IMG/VR virus record: IMGVR_UViG_3300033757_000347
Source: a virus
Lineage: Duplodnaviria > Caudoviricetes
Length of the DNA stretch: 64,000 nucleotides
Direction: 5' to 3' (one strand)
Below are positions 11,318-21,884 of the stretch, one piece after another; the first letter of the stretch is position 1, and each line of letters begins with the position of its first letter. Position numbers and translations under genes: made by a program. The notes beneath the pieces are model-generated. The model was not told the origin of the DNA, did no database searches, and saw only the letters and a list, made by a program, of their open reading frames with translations.

Positions 11318-11358
11318 ACTGACCAGCCTGTATAAATAATCATAAATAGCTGAGTTTA

Positions 11359-11874
11359 ATGGGAAAGTTCGGAAAGTACCCACTTCCTAAATTTCTTATG
11401 CGTAGGCTAGGACCAGTTGAAGAAACAGCCGGTCCTAACGCGGTTTTAGAAGAACCGACCAGCACAAAGAAATCCGAAGTTAACCTAACTGGTCCAACTG
11501 GTCAGGACAAAATAATTGAAAGAGAAATGTCAACCAAACGCGATCCTAATGTCGATAAAGAAAAAGGTTACGCCTTCGAAAGCTTTTCCGACTTCGAACA
11601 GCACGTCGAAACGGAAGAAGTCAACGAAGATGATATGCTGAAAGAACCGGAAGAAATGGTTCAACCTTGCGAGGGATGCAGCGACCACCCGGACGCTCTG
11701 TCGGAAAAAGCAAAGATTGCGATAAAGAAAATGTGCGACGAAGTCCTGATACAGGAAGCTACTGTTTTCGAAACATCGGATGATCCAAACCAAACTTACG
11801 AATCGTTTCTTCGCGAGTGCACTCACTACATGGCAGAGTGCTTGATAAGAGCAGCTCAGAACTTAAAGGTGTAA
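11359..11874 (+). CDS. Hypothetical late protein
   Basis: TATAAATA at 11331; internal FESFSDFE...VNE motif. Confidence 0.65.
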   Translation: MGKFGKYPLPKFLMRRLGPVEETAGPNAVLEEPTSTKKSEVNLTGPTGQDKIIEREMSTKRDPNVDKEKGYAFESFSDFEQHVETEEVNEDDMLKEPEEMVQPCEGCSDHPDALSEKAKIAIKKMCDEVLIQEATVFETSDDPNQTYESFLRECTHYMAECLIRAAQNLKV

Positions 11875-11876
11875 CG

Positions 11877-12647
11877 ATGGAACAGAAACAACCTAAGCAG
11901 ATAGGAATACTTGCAGGAAAGTTCAAACCGCCTCACCTCGGTCACTTTGGCGTGATTCAAGGAATAGCTGACATGAACTACGAAACTCACGTGTTCGTAT
12001 CGCCAGTTGAGATGGATGGCGTTACTGGAAATATGGCGGTCGACATTCTGTACGAGTACTTTAAACCCGGAAAAAGAGATCGTCAGGACGTGTTCATTCA
12101 CTTAGCAGACGGTTCGCCGGTCAGAGAAGCTTTTAAGTTCGTTTCTGACCTTGGAGAAAGAGAGGACGCTAGCGATTTCGAAGTTAACGTTTACGCTCTG
12201 CCAGAAGACATGAATCGATTCAAAACGATGGATAAATTCGCTGGCAATTTGGCTGGAGTGAATCGTTACCAAACTGAGAGAACCCAGGAAATTTCTGGAA
12301 CCAAGATGCGAGAAGCTATACGGAACCGGGACAAGGAAACGTTCAAAAAGGGAATCCCTGAGGGAATAGATCCCGAAAAGATATGGAAGATCGTCACGGA
12401 AGAAGCTGGTGGAACTTATGCCATACCGGCTGACTCGTTTGAAACGCCAAACCAGTACGATTTCAACGTTCAACCGTCTCAGATAAGCTTGAACTTGGGA
12501 GGAATTCCAAACCAATGGAACAATTCTCAACCCATTTCGAGATGGGACTTCATGACCAACCCAATAGTTCAAGTTCGTGAAGAACAATCGACTACTAAGC
12601 ACGTGAAATCCTTCACTGAGTACCTAGAAGAACAAAAGGATAAATAA
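11877..12647 (+). CDS. HxGH-family nucleotidyl(cytidylyl)transferase-like protein
   Basis: GKFKPPHLGH and ISGTKMRE motifs. Confidence 0.8.
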   Translation: MEQKQPKQIGILAGKFKPPHLGHFGVIQGIADMNYETHVFVSPVEMDGVTGNMAVDILYEYFKPGKRDRQDVFIHLADGSPVREAFKFVSDLGEREDASDFEVNVYALPEDMNRFKTMDKFAGNLAGVNRYQTERTQEISGTKMREAIRNRDKETFKKGIPEGIDPEKIWKIVTEEAGGTYAIPADSFETPNQYDFNVQPSQISLNLGGIPNQWNNSQPISRWDFMTNPIVQVREEQSTTKHVKSFTEYLEEQKDK

Positions 12648-12666
12648 GAAAAAGTACCGATACGAG

Positions 12667-13128
12667 ATGACAGATAAAATCATGTCCTTCGATCAATTTA
12701 GCAAGAGCGACATTCTGGAGGATCCAAAAACTGCTCTAAAAGGCAATAACGTTGATCCTGGAAAAAAGGAAAAATTCGTTGACCAGGTAAAGAAAGCTGA
12801 CCTAACTCAGCTGGAAACAAACGAACCTGATTACTCTAAAGTAAACGAAGCTGATTCAAACGAGATAGCAAACTTGCAGAGCGTTGTGACGGCCGCCGAA
12901 CGTGAGTTGAACGATTTTAAGGAAAAGTTCTACACGGACCTGGCCGCTAAAGAAAAAGACTTGCAATCCAAGAGAGAAGCTCTCAACCAAGCTATCGCGA
13001 CAGCGGCTTCAACTACTCAGACAACGACAGTTTCTCCGACTGCTCAGCCTGCAACAACGCCGACTGCACAGCAATCGATCGGTGGAGTTACTCCTGGTCA
13101 AGCACCAGCTGCACCAGCGACAGCGTAA
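12667..13128 (+). CDS. Putative internal head protein
   Basis: KIMSFDQF motif, VNE site, late promoter. Confidence 0.6.
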   Translation: MTDKIMSFDQFSKSDILEDPKTALKGNNVDPGKKEKFVDQVKKADLTQLETNEPDYSKVNEADSNEIANLQSVVTAAERELNDFKEKFYTDLAAKEKDLQSKREALNQAIATAASTTQTTTVSPTAQPATTPTAQQSIGGVTPGQAPAAPATA

Positions 13129-13142
13129 AAACACCAACGTAA

Positions 13143-13874
13143 ATGACTAGAGCCGAACTAGCACTGGACATAAAACAGGAACTAACATTAGCGCAAGCTC
13201 TTCCTTACTCGATACCAGATAAGGAAATCGAGCGTGTCATCATCAACGCGGAACGGTTCTTTTACGATAACTGGCGTCATGCGGTTGAACCTCGGTACAT
13301 TTTGATTCCTAGCGAACTTCTGTCAAGCGAACAGTACAAGAGAACTCGAACCATACGCATGCCAGATTGCGTCCAGTTCGTTCACCAAGTTAAAGAACCG
13401 AAGGGTTCTTCAATATTCGGAACGATAGACCAGGATTTTTCAGAACAGAAGTTCATCGGTTCTGAACTGTTCCTTACTCCGTTCATCGGAGAATCGTTAG
13501 TTTACAGAACCGTCATCTTTTCGTTTCTTGACATCACTAAGAACTTTACTCTCGACACGGTTGCGTACGACTACAACAAGAACACAAAAAGCATAACGGT
13601 AAAGGGTAGAACTCCTACCAAAATGGTCGTTGAAGTAAGCAAGAAGATAGAAGAACAGTACCTTTACGAGGACGAAATGTTTCAAAGGTACGTAAGAGCA
13701 AAGGCAAAGGTTAGGTTAGGAGAACTCTTGACCAGCTTTGACTTCAACTTACCCGGTGGAGTTAGACCGAATTACAACACCTTTGTCACTAAAGCTGATG
13801 CAGAATTTCAAGCAGTGCTTGACATGATGAAGGGCGAAAATACGCCGGACTGGCTAATGTTGGTTCACTTTTAA
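13143..13874 (+). CDS. Neck protein (T4 gp13-like)
   Basis: FQRYVRAKAK...LGELL..F.FNLPGGV..N C-terminus typical of gp13-like neck proteins. Confidence 0.7.
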   Translation: MTRAELALDIKQELTLAQALPYSIPDKEIERVIINAERFFYDNWRHAVEPRYILIPSELLSSEQYKRTRTIRMPDCVQFVHQVKEPKGSSIFGTIDQDFSEQKFIGSELFLTPFIGESLVYRTVIFSFLDITKNFTLDTVAYDYNKNTKSITVKGRTPTKMVVEVSKKIEEQYLYEDEMFQRYVRAKAKVRLGELLTSFDFNLPGGVRPNYNTFVTKADAEFQAVLDMMKGENTPDWLMLVHF

Positions 13875-13944
13875 TTTTATAATTCAATCCGGTATATTTT
13901 CTACTTAACGTTCGTAAATAAATAAAATAAAATTCGCGAATGTT

Positions 13945-14877
13945 ATGTTAGACTTGGATAAGTATTTTGACTTGTCTTTTAATGCTAAACGACCTAGTGC
14001 CTTTGTCGTTTCAGTGAAGAAAAACAAAAATGGGATGCTAGACGAATTGATTGAAATCACATCCTTTTTAGATCTTGAATACTCCAATGTATCAGTAAAT
14101 CAGAGGCTATTTCATTACATCAATAAAATTTACTCGGTATTGAGATGCAAGTATTGTGGATCTCCATTAATGCCAAAACCGTATAACGCTAGACTGCTTG
14201 GAAATTACTATCAAGGCACTTGTGGTAATGTTATTTGCCGAAAAAAACTAAATGTTGATCAAACAGAAGTTGGCGTTATAAAAAAGTACGGTGTCTCTAA
14301 TATTTCGCAGACAAAAGAATGGCATGATAAAGTAAAAGATACGAATTTGAAAAAGCGAGGAGTAGAATGGAACACCCAGTCTGCTGAATTTATAAACACA
14401 ACAAAAGAATGTAATAAAATAAATCAAGACGAAATAACCAGAAAACGTAAATTGACATATACTAAAAAGTCTATGGAAAAATATGGAGTACCTCATCCTA
14501 GACAAAATTCTAAAATTTTTGAAAGATCTATTGGCAATTGGTTTAAGAAAAAAGACTATATTTTGCCTTCCGGCAAACTTATCAAAGTTCAAGGATACGA
14601 ACCGACTGTCATAACTAACCTTTTGTCCAATCATAAGGAACGCGATATTATCATAAGCAACACTGAGATGGAAAATTACATAGGACAGATTATGTACACG
14701 TATAATGAAAAATTACATAGATACTTTCCAGATATTTTCATCGTATCTGAAAATAAAATAATTGAGGTCAAATCTCAATACACTTACGAAAAAGACATTG
14801 AAATAAATAATCTTAAGAAACAAGCATGTTTAAACGCTGGGTTCGATTTCGAATTCATAATAATCAAAAAACGATGA
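13945..14877 (+). CDS. Homing endonuclease (KYGV repeats + PD-(D/E)xK nuclease)
   Basis: KYGV repeats, RYFPDIF...IIEVKS; AT-rich insertion between neck and gp25. Confidence 0.75.
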   Translation: MLDLDKYFDLSFNAKRPSAFVVSVKKNKNGMLDELIEITSFLDLEYSNVSVNQRLFHYINKIYSVLRCKYCGSPLMPKPYNARLLGNYYQGTCGNVICRKKLNVDQTEVGVIKKYGVSNISQTKEWHDKVKDTNLKKRGVEWNTQSAEFINTTKECNKINQDEITRKRKLTYTKKSMEKYGVPHPRQNSKIFERSIGNWFKKKDYILPSGKLIKVQGYEPTVITNLLSNHKERDIIISNTEMENYIGQIMYTYNEKLHRYFPDIFIVSENKIIEVKSQYTYEKDIEINNLKKQACLNAGFDFEFIIIKKR

Positions 14878-15248
14878 AAGATTTTTATTTTAGACCAGTC
14901 GAAGACCCAAACTACAAAACGGACATTTTCGAGTCAATTAACGACATCGAAAACACCGTTTCGCAAGTCAGAATGACTCTGCTCACTAGAAAGGGAGAAG
15001 TTTTGGGAGAACCAAACTTTGGATTGGACGTCACCAAGTACCTATTTGAATTCGAGGGTTACCCTATCGACATCTTAGAAAAGGAAGCAGCTGAACAGAT
15101 ACAGAATTACGTGATGCTAGCTAAGGTCAACGAAGTAGTTCCAACAGCTTTCGCCTTGGACGATGCAGGAGATATGTTCAAAGTAGGATTAGGATTGGAC
15201 GTTTCGATCAACGGCAAGAGAACGTTCGCGGTTCTTTACGAAGACTAA
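14874..15248 (+). CDS. Baseplate wedge protein gp25-like
   Basis: LLTRKGEVLGEPNFG motif. Confidence 0.8.
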   Translation: MKDFYFRPVEDPNYKTDIFESINDIENTVSQVRMTLLTRKGEVLGEPNFGLDVTKYLFEFEGYPIDILEKEAAEQIQNYVMLAKVNEVVPTAFALDDAGDMFKVGLGLDVSINGKRTFAVLYED

Positions 15249-15373
15249 CGGTTCGCTCTTGACCACGTGGTTCGGTTGCTTAAGTTTCCACAACTTATTT
15301 AAGTTAGTACTCATAAAAATGGCAGAACGTGTATTTCGTCCTGCCCTTTTTGCCTTGTTTCTTTGCTCCCACG

Positions 15374-17065
15374 TTACAGTCCTCCGCCAGGAGGTGCCAT
15401 TTCGCTAGCTGTTTCTTTTTCTGGACCGGCCGGCGGTGCTGGCTGTTCAGGTTGAGCGCCTGGACCAGCTGGTGCAGGTAAAGTAACTTCAGCTTCCTGA
15501 CCCTCGGAAGTTTTTCCACCAGATTTTGCAAGGTAATCTTTGTTCTTCTGGATGACTTGGTCGCTGAGCTTGAGGTATTCCTTGACAAGGAAGTCTGACG
15601 AGAAGTACGGTTTGTTCTGATCGTCTGTGATAGCTTTGAGCGCGTTGATTGCAGCGATTCTCTTGTTAAGAAGATCCTGGTTCTTAATTTCTTCGAATAC
15701 GTTATCGTCGTACCAGACAACGCCGACCGAATTTTTGAACTTCTGGTCGTTCCTAAGCTCCTTAACGTCCATGCAAACTTGCAAGTACAGCGGTTTGGTT
15801 ATGAGTTCCTGGTAAGCAGATCTTAACCTCTTGATGAACTTATTGTAACGAATTTCTTCTCTTGAAATACCTTCTGACGTGAGCGTGAATATTCCACCAC
15901 CTTCGCTGAACCTAGAAGCTGGAATCTTTGAATCCTGCTTCAATTTTTCGGTAAAATACTTCAAGAGTTCCGAACCTGAAAGGTTTGGGCCTTGGTACTC
16001 AAGAGGTTCGATCTTCACCTGTTGCTGCTGGTCGTTGACCGGAACCACGTAATTCTTGTAGAACAAGATGTTGGGTTTTCCGTCGACTCTCAGTTCTCCA
16101 GATTCGCCGTCAAAGTAGATGTCCTCCTTCAGAGTGTTAACAAACTCTCGCACGTCTTCCTTGGCTTTCTGCATTGACTTGGTTCCAATAGGAACAGTTG
16201 TGACCAACCTAATCGGTGCATGCATAGTGTGCCAGATGACCTTGGAGTGCTCGATTATCCTCAGCATGTTGAACGATCTTACCAAACGTTCTGTGAAGCT
16301 TACGCGCTTCGTTCTCATGTGATTTGAGTAAGACAAGTATATGATCTGAGAATCGTTCAGCTGACGATCCTTCTTGGTAATTGGATCTCTTTGAGTCCAC
16401 TGAAGAACGATCTTACCCTCATTATCTTTTTTGAGAATAGGGTAAAGAGAAGCTGGGTCAAGTTCCTTAAAACCTATGATCTCTGTTGGTTTTTCGAGGT
16501 TATCGTAGATGATTTCGAAAGCCAGGTGACCTTCGATAAGCCACTGGTAAAAGTACTGCCAGGCTGAAATTCCCTGGTCGAATCCCCAACGACTGTAGAT
16601 CTTAGAAAATGCTGCTTGGTAAGCATTTATGACGCGTTCTTGGTAATCCAGACGATTTTTCTTGTTGTCTCCTAAGTATTGCATCTCACCGACCAGGTCG
16701 TTTGCGTAGCAAAATCGGTTGTCCTCGTCGAAAACGATAGCGTCATCCGTTATGGTTTCCAGGATGAATTCTATCTCACCGTTGGACGCGATGTCACGAA
16801 GACGTTCTCTTTTTGAAATGTAATCGAGTTGAAAGAAAGCGATAGCTTTAGTTTTTATCGAAGAAGTAGTGTCCGAAAGAGCCAAAGTAGCTCTCATGAG
16901 ATCGTCAGACGCAAAGCCGGCAGCTCCGCTGAGCTGACTTTCGATAAAACCTATCGCTTGTGAGTTCTTTATCAAGAGATCGTCGTACTTTAGACCGAAC
17001 CTGCTAAGCTCAGTCAACCTAGACTTGAGCGATCGCATAGGGTTACCTTCTAAAAATCCTGCCAT
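15374..17065 (-). CDS. Portal protein (T4 gp20-like)
   Basis: KIPASRF, ISREEIRYNKFIKRLR motifs; size and context. Confidence 0.85.
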   Translation of the reverse strand: MAGFLEGNPMRSLKSRLTELSRFGLKYDDLLIKNSQAIGFIESQLSGAAGFASDDLMRATLALSDTTSSIKTKAIAFFQLDYISKRERLRDIASNGEIEFILETITDDAIVFDEDNRFCYANDLVGEMQYLGDNKKNRLDYQERVINAYQAAFSKIYSRWGFDQGISAWQYFYQWLIEGHLAFEIIYDNLEKPTEIIGFKELDPASLYPILKKDNEGKIVLQWTQRDPITKKDRQLNDSQIIYLSYSNHMRTKRVSFTERLVRSFNMLRIIEHSKVIWHTMHAPIRLVTTVPIGTKSMQKAKEDVREFVNTLKEDIYFDGESGELRVDGKPNILFYKNYVVPVNDQQQQVKIEPLEYQGPNLSGSELLKYFTEKLKQDSKIPASRFSEGGGIFTLTSEGISREEIRYNKFIKRLRSAYQELITKPLYLQVCMDVKELRNDQKFKNSVGVVWYDDNVFEEIKNQDLLNKRIAAINALKAITDDQNKPYFSSDFLVKEYLKLSDQVIQKNKDYLAKSGGKTSEGQEAEVTLPAPAGPGAQPEQPAPPAGPEKETASEMAPPGGGL

Positions 17066-17068
17066 GTA

Positions 17069-17722
17069 TTATGAAGTAAATTTTGTCAAGAAGTACGAGA
17101 TCGGAGTTTTTGTTAAGACTGAACCATCCGTTACGTAACTCAATTTTGGAAGTTTTACTGCTTGCTCCCAATCGATGATTGCTAGTTTGTTACTCATCTC
17201 ACCTCTGGTATATTTATCAACCAGGAACTTAAAATTGATGTTATTCTGCTCGCCTATCTGAGTGATGAAGTTTCGGTTGATGTTCTTTAGCATCGAATTT
17301 TCAGAAAGTTTCATCCTTTCTCGAAAATCGATGAATTTTCCATCCTCATTCTCTGATTTTTCTATCAGGTTGCTGAGAATCTTGTAGTACTTTGATAGAA
17401 ACCAGTGTCGCACGCTAAGCGGCATTAGTTTCAAGTTAAGACCGACTTCCATTGGACCCTCCTGACCAAGCGATAGAATGATAGGTCGTCTGTCGAAGTA
17501 GGGTTTTACCGACTTGGTTGGGCTAGTTTGGTACTCGTCAAGTGAAGGCAACGAATCTTCTTCCACTACTTTGGCCGATACGAAAGTGTAGATGTACCCT
17601 GGAACTAAACGGTAGTAAGCAAAGGGAATGCAGTCATCGTCAAAGTAGTAGGGTCGACCTTCTTCGGTAAACGTTGGTACTGAGCCTACCCTTATGAAAT
17701 CATTGACTATCTTATTCTTCAT
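17069..17722 (-). CDS. DNA end protector (T4 gp2-like)
   Basis: YFDRRPIILSL...GLNLKLMP; adjacent to gp4. Confidence 0.6.
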   Translation of the reverse strand: MKNKIVNDFIRVGSVPTFTEEGRPYYFDDDCIPFAYYRLVPGYIYTFVSAKVVEEDSLPSLDEYQTSPTKSVKPYFDRRPIILSLGQEGPMEVGLNLKLMPLSVRHWFLSKYYKILSNLIEKSENEDGKFIDFRERMKLSENSMLKNINRNFITQIGEQNNINFKFLVDKYTRGEMSNKLAIIDWEQAVKLPKLSYVTDGSVLTKTPISYFLTKFTS

Positions 17723-17730
17723 GAAGTATT

Positions 17731-18243
17731 TTATATCGATTTGAATAGAAAGTTTTCGGTAATGATACCGAATTTGATTCCCTTCTGAGAAGCAAAGTTC
17801 TTGGCTGCCTCGAACTTAGCCTGGTTAACGATGTACTGCTTTGCTGCGTAAACGTAGTTTGCGGTAGCTTTGTCGGTCATCCTATCAGGTTTCTTGGGCG
17901 GGTTTATGTACTTGTTTGGTTTTACTTCCACCAAGTACTTGTACTCGTTGCCGTTAGGGTCCTTTACGATTATGTAAAAATCAACGTAATAAATATGACC
18001 GCGTTTATCTAACGGATTAAAAAATTTAATCCCGATGGGTTCACTAGCATACTTAATAATAGTTGGGCTCAAGTCACACCATTTCAAAAACTTGAATTCC
18101 CAGGAACTTCTGAAGACTATCTTGTTCACATCTCCCATGTACTTTTCTGGATTGGCTGGACGGAAATATCCCTGACGTGGGCCGCCTTCTTTATTTCTAG
18201 GTTTTAGAAAATCTTGGATTTTTTTTGGCTCGCGCTTAACCAT
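17731..18243 (-). CDS. Head completion nuclease (T4 gp4-like)
   Basis: FRPANPEKYMGD..KIVFRSSWEFKF, YYVDF, VEVKP, NQAKFEAA. Confidence 0.9.
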   Translation of the reverse strand: MVKREPKKIQDFLKPRNKEGGPRQGYFRPANPEKYMGDVNKIVFRSSWEFKFLKWCDLSPTIIKYASEPIGIKFFNPLDKRGHIYYVDFYIIVKDPNGNEYKYLVEVKPNKYINPPKKPDRMTDKATANYVYAAKQYIVNQAKFEAAKNFASQKGIKFGIITENFLFKSI

Positions 18244-18359
18244 TTAGGTCGGATAATTTTTCTTTGAAGAGTATTCCATTTAATTGATATTTACTTCTAA
18301 AATCTAGCCATTCTACATAGGTCATGTTATTTTTTTGCACAATTTTCAAACCAAAAGTT

Positions 18360-18552
18360 AGTATTTCGATGAAAATTGAGGAATTAGTGTTGTTTCCAAA
18401 AATAAGAGCACTAACAAGCAATGAAATTGTAGCTGCGCCCAAAAACATCGTGTCGTCACTAGATTAAAGATGGAACTAGCCAACAGGCCTTTCATCCTGT
18501 AGAGATATTATTTAATGCACTGAAAAAGATAGATTCTGAGAAATTGAATTAA
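18360..18552 (+). pseudogene. Decayed C-terminal fragment of a bacterial FAD/(Fe-S)-binding oxidoreductase
   Basis: SMKIEELVLFPKIR...VAAP, then frameshift, TSCRH*IKDGTSQQAFHPVEILFNAL; resembles the family tail MKIGELVLFP...APGTSCRHQIKDGT...HPVE (recalled, not searched). Confidence 0.7.
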
Positions 18553-18732
18553 ATTCTTTAAAGTTGAGTAAACATTAATCGTTTAATAAATGTTAAATAA
18601 AATAGTTCAACTTATTTAAAATGATGATTTAAGCTGCTTTTCTATGAATTGGAAAAAATTATTATAGTTGCATAAAATTAGTTAAGCTTAAAGATAAATA
18701 ATATTAAATAATCATTTAAAAACAGGTCACAT

Positions 18733-19944
18733 ATGAAAAAGTTAGCATTATTATTCATGGGTGTAAGCCTTTTGGTCGCATCCTGTTCCAAGGAAGAAGC
18801 GCCTGCCTTTGTCAATAAAGATGGTATTGTACTCAACAATAACCAGGAAGAACTGAATCAAAGGGTTACAATTAAAAATGAACCCTTGAATTTGATTGGT
18901 CTGAAAGCTTCACCTACCTTCTCTTTGGTGGCAGAAGTAGCTGCTCCTATAGTGAATGGTGTTAAACTCAGTACAAGCTATGTACATCGGAGATACCAGA
19001 AGGTTTATGTAACCTATCACGAAAGAGGAGCCGGACATGGCGGAGCTGTAGTGGTTTTTGATGTTTCAAATCCCTCCCTTCCTACTATCGTCTCTCAGAT
19101 GACTTTTGAAAAGATTGATATCAACACATGCGATATCAATGCGGGAGGAAGTGTTCTTTATCTTGCTGGCTCCCATAAAGCAAAAGGAGCCGTAGTGCTC
19201 AAAATTTCCATTGATGGAAATGGCATTATCACTTCCCTCCCTGAGCAGGTTAAAATTCTCAAAGTTGGTAATGCAGCGTCAGCCAATGGTATTATTCAGG
19301 CAAGCAACTGGATTTACGTGTCTGCTGGCAATACCAATGGAGGACTTTTTGCGTACAACCGCACAACTCTGGCATTTGTTGAAGCTGACTACTATAATGG
19401 CGCAAAATTTAGCACTGCAAATGGTAGGGTCAACGGAAAAAACCATATGAGCCTTGAAGTTGATGCCAGCAATAATGCTTACCTGCATGTGTATGTTGTA
19501 GGTTCAAGTGACCCAAATACCGAAACGGTATGGCCAATTGGTACAATCCAGCATCAAAATGTTGAACCTGAGTTTGTTAATTTCGGAAAAGCCACTATTT
19601 TTATCCGTCCTGATAGCGATGTCTGCTTTATTTCAATGGCTAAAAATGGTATGAAAGCTATCAATATCCATGACGGGTCACTGGTTTATCAATCCCCCGC
19701 AGGGATAATTACTTATGGCAACACGAACGCCGTTAGCGCCGACTACAAGTACATTTACATGGCCAATGGGGCACAGGGACTATACATCGCTAAAGCTCCT
19801 ACAAGCGGAACCGAGGTTGAAATCCTTGCTATCTGGGACGATAATAAATATCCCGGAAGCTGCAACCATGTCTACTCCGACGGCACCCATATTTTTGTGG
19901 CCAAAGGCGTTGAAGGTGGTTTGCAAATCCTGAAAGAAGATTAA
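18733..19944 (+). CDS. Bacteroidota-type lipoprotein with beta-propeller (LVIVD-like) repeats
   Basis: Signal peptide II MKKLALLFMGVSLLVASC-SKEE; YIYMANGAQGL and IFVAKGVEGGLQIL blades; non-phage codon usage. Confidence 0.8.
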   Translation: MKKLALLFMGVSLLVASCSKEEAPAFVNKDGIVLNNNQEELNQRVTIKNEPLNLIGLKASPTFSLVAEVAAPIVNGVKLSTSYVHRRYQKVYVTYHERGAGHGGAVVVFDVSNPSLPTIVSQMTFEKIDINTCDINAGGSVLYLAGSHKAKGAVVLKISIDGNGIITSLPEQVKILKVGNAASANGIIQASNWIYVSAGNTNGGLFAYNRTTLAFVEADYYNGAKFSTANGRVNGKNHMSLEVDASNNAYLHVYVVGSSDPNTETVWPIGTIQHQNVEPEFVNFGKATIFIRPDSDVCFISMAKNGMKAINIHDGSLVYQSPAGIITYGNTNAVSADYKYIYMANGAQGLYIAKAPTSGTEVEILAIWDDNKYPGSCNHVYSDGTHIFVAKGVEGGLQILKED

Positions 19945-19960
19945 GGTTTTTTTTGAAACC

Positions 19961-20000
19961 AATAAAAAACAGGGGTTGACTTACAATCCCTATTTTTTAT
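19961..20000. terminator. Bidirectional terminator between lipoprotein and yigZ
   Basis: AATAAAAAACAGGGGTTG-ACTTA-CAATCCCTATTTTTTATT. Confidence 0.6.
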
Positions 20001-20064
20001 TACTGAGAATTCCATTCAGCATCCCTAGGCACGGTAATTCAATCAAAAAAATCTTTTGACAACG

Positions 20065-20669
20065 TTAATTTTCTATTAGCCGAATTCCGTAAATATCGCT
20101 TAATCTCTTCAGCGCCATTTCCTTTTTGCTTAATTCCACTTCAATGGTAGCAATACAATGTTCAAGGTATTCAATATTCAATACCTCGGCATCCAATTCG
20201 CGGGTCAGGCTCATTACTGTATTCATCAATTCGTAAGAAAAAAATAGTTTAATAGGAACCGTAAGTTTCTTCTCAATTACCTTACAGGAGGAGAGAACCA
20301 TGTGAGCAGAAGTTTTATAAGCTTCAATAAGGCCGCTTACCCCTAATTTAGTTCCTCCAAAATAACGGACCACTACGACCAGAATGTTTGTAAGCTCGTG
20401 CGATAAAATTTGGCCGTAAATGGGCCTACTGGCTGTTCCAGAGGGTTCTCCATCATCATAATAGCGATAACGTTCTCCCTGAGGGCCCAGCCTCCACGCA
20501 AAACAATGATGAGTCGCATCAGGGTATTCATTCTTTAAAGCATTAATGTATTCTTTAATTTCATCTTCGCCCTTAACAGGATAAGCAAACAAATAAAATT
20601 TACTGGCTTTCAGTTTGTAATATGCTGATTCTGGTTGTAAAATAGTTTGTATTTGGCATCTATATCCAT
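20065..20669 (-). pseudogene. yigZ: YigZ/IMPACT family gene with 5' frameshift
   Basis: DATHHCFAWR, DDGEPSGTA, VVRYFGGTKLG; ATG 20669 MDIDAKYK is one base out of frame with TILQPESAYYKLKASKFYLFAYPV. Confidence 0.8.
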
Positions 20670-20762
20670 TTCACAAAATTAATATCTTGGGAATAATTTA
20701 TTCTAGCAAGTATTAAGAATGTATGGGTTTATTGTTATGTATCCGATACGTTTGATAGAAAA

Positions 20763-21884
20763 TCATAGGAAAGCTATGTCGTACACGCTATCGCTAAAAT
20801 AACTGTTCAAAAAATCGTTGAATTCATTGACTGTCAACGAAGGTTGTCGTTCCTTTAGAAAATTGAACAAGTCATTTATGTCCTTTATTTTCGTAAGCTT
20901 TATGAGGTCCGACTTACCGGAAACTTTCTTTTTTAGGTCGTTGATGATCTTGTTCCACAGAAGAACCGAGTAACCTTGCTTTATGAGGTTCATCATTTCT
21001 TCCTTGCCGCCTTTGTCCTTGTCAAAAAGGATTCGAATCTTGCCCTTTGCTCCCAATGATGGAAGTATGCTTCGCGCTTTAGTAACGCCGGTAGTTGCTA
21101 TGCAGTTTCGAATAAACAGTGCGTCAAACTGACCCTCAGTCAAACACAGAGGTTTGGAAAAATCGACGTTCAAGATGTTGAAATAGTTGTTCAAGTAATT
21201 CGCATCGTCCACCAGTTCCTTGTCGATCTCTCTCTGTAGGAATATGAGAGCTATGTCTGTGTAAGACTTTATGATGTACTTTCGTTCGGCGTTAGGATCC
21301 AAACTCCTTATGGATAGCCCTAGGAGCTTCCCAGAGCGACGATCGAAGTTGAAGATAAGTACTTTATTGTCCGACGAATCGGCATACAGGAAGTCCCCAA
21401 AATCCTCGATAAGGTCAAGGTTTCTGCTCTTGATGTATTCGAGTGCTCGTGGATTGTTTTCGGCTTGGTCTAACCTCACCAAGTTAAACCGATTGATGAT
21501 CTCGGAGATTGTTACTAGTTCAGTAGTGTCAGATGTTAGGAATCTCAAGAGTTGGTTCTCAGTTCTCTTTACTCGAACCGGTTTGTACTCAAAATCTGCA
21601 GCAAAGCTGGGCAGCATTATTCCGTGCTCCCTGCTCATCTTCGAAACGAACTCGGCTAACGACATGTAAGCCATGCAGCCGTCGTTGAAGCACTTGTAAG
21701 CTTCGGTATCAAAGTAGAGGTTACCTCTCTTCTTTGAAGATTTCTTGTGAGAGTCTCCGCAGATTGGACACGCAAAGTTCAGCTTTCGATCGTTGCTGTC
21801 GTCTACTTGCTGCTTTTCAAAATTATCGTGAAATCTCTTTCTGAGTACTATCTTGACAAAATCTACAACTTCCTCACGGTTCAT
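20763..21884 (-). CDS. DNA primase (T4 gp61-like)
   Basis: NFACPICGDS..KKRG Zn finger, TOPRIM LTEGQFDA, FDKD, KDIND. Confidence 0.9.
   Translation of the reverse strand: MNREEVVDFVKIVLRKRFHDNFEKQQVDDSNDRKLNFACPICGDSHKKSSKKRGNLYFDTEAYKCFNDGCMAYMSLAEFVSKMSREHGIMLPSFAADFEYKPVRVKRTENQLLRFLTSDTTELVTISEIINRFNLVRLDQAENNPRALEYIKSRNLDLIEDFGDFLYADSSDNKVLIFNFDRRSGKLLGLSIRSLDPNAERKYIIKSYTDIALIFLQREIDKELVDDANYLNNYFNILNVDFSKPLCLTEGQFDALFIRNCIATTGVTKARSILPSLGAKGKIRILFDKDKGGKEEMMNLIKQGYSVLLWNKIINDLKKKVSGKSDLIKLTKIKDINDLFNFLKERQPSLTVNEFNDFLNSYFSDSVYDIAFL

Noticed and set aside
18236-18448. 70-aa minus-strand ORF
   Set aside because: Its 5' part is the antisense of the host oxidoreductase remnant; at most the last ~30 codons are a phage gene remnant
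18460-18462. TAG at an expected Gln codon, suggesting TAG-to-Gln recoding
   Set aside because: Phage genes are long and uninterrupted in code 11 and some end in TAG (4601, 7873); the fragment also has a frameshift, so it is simple decay
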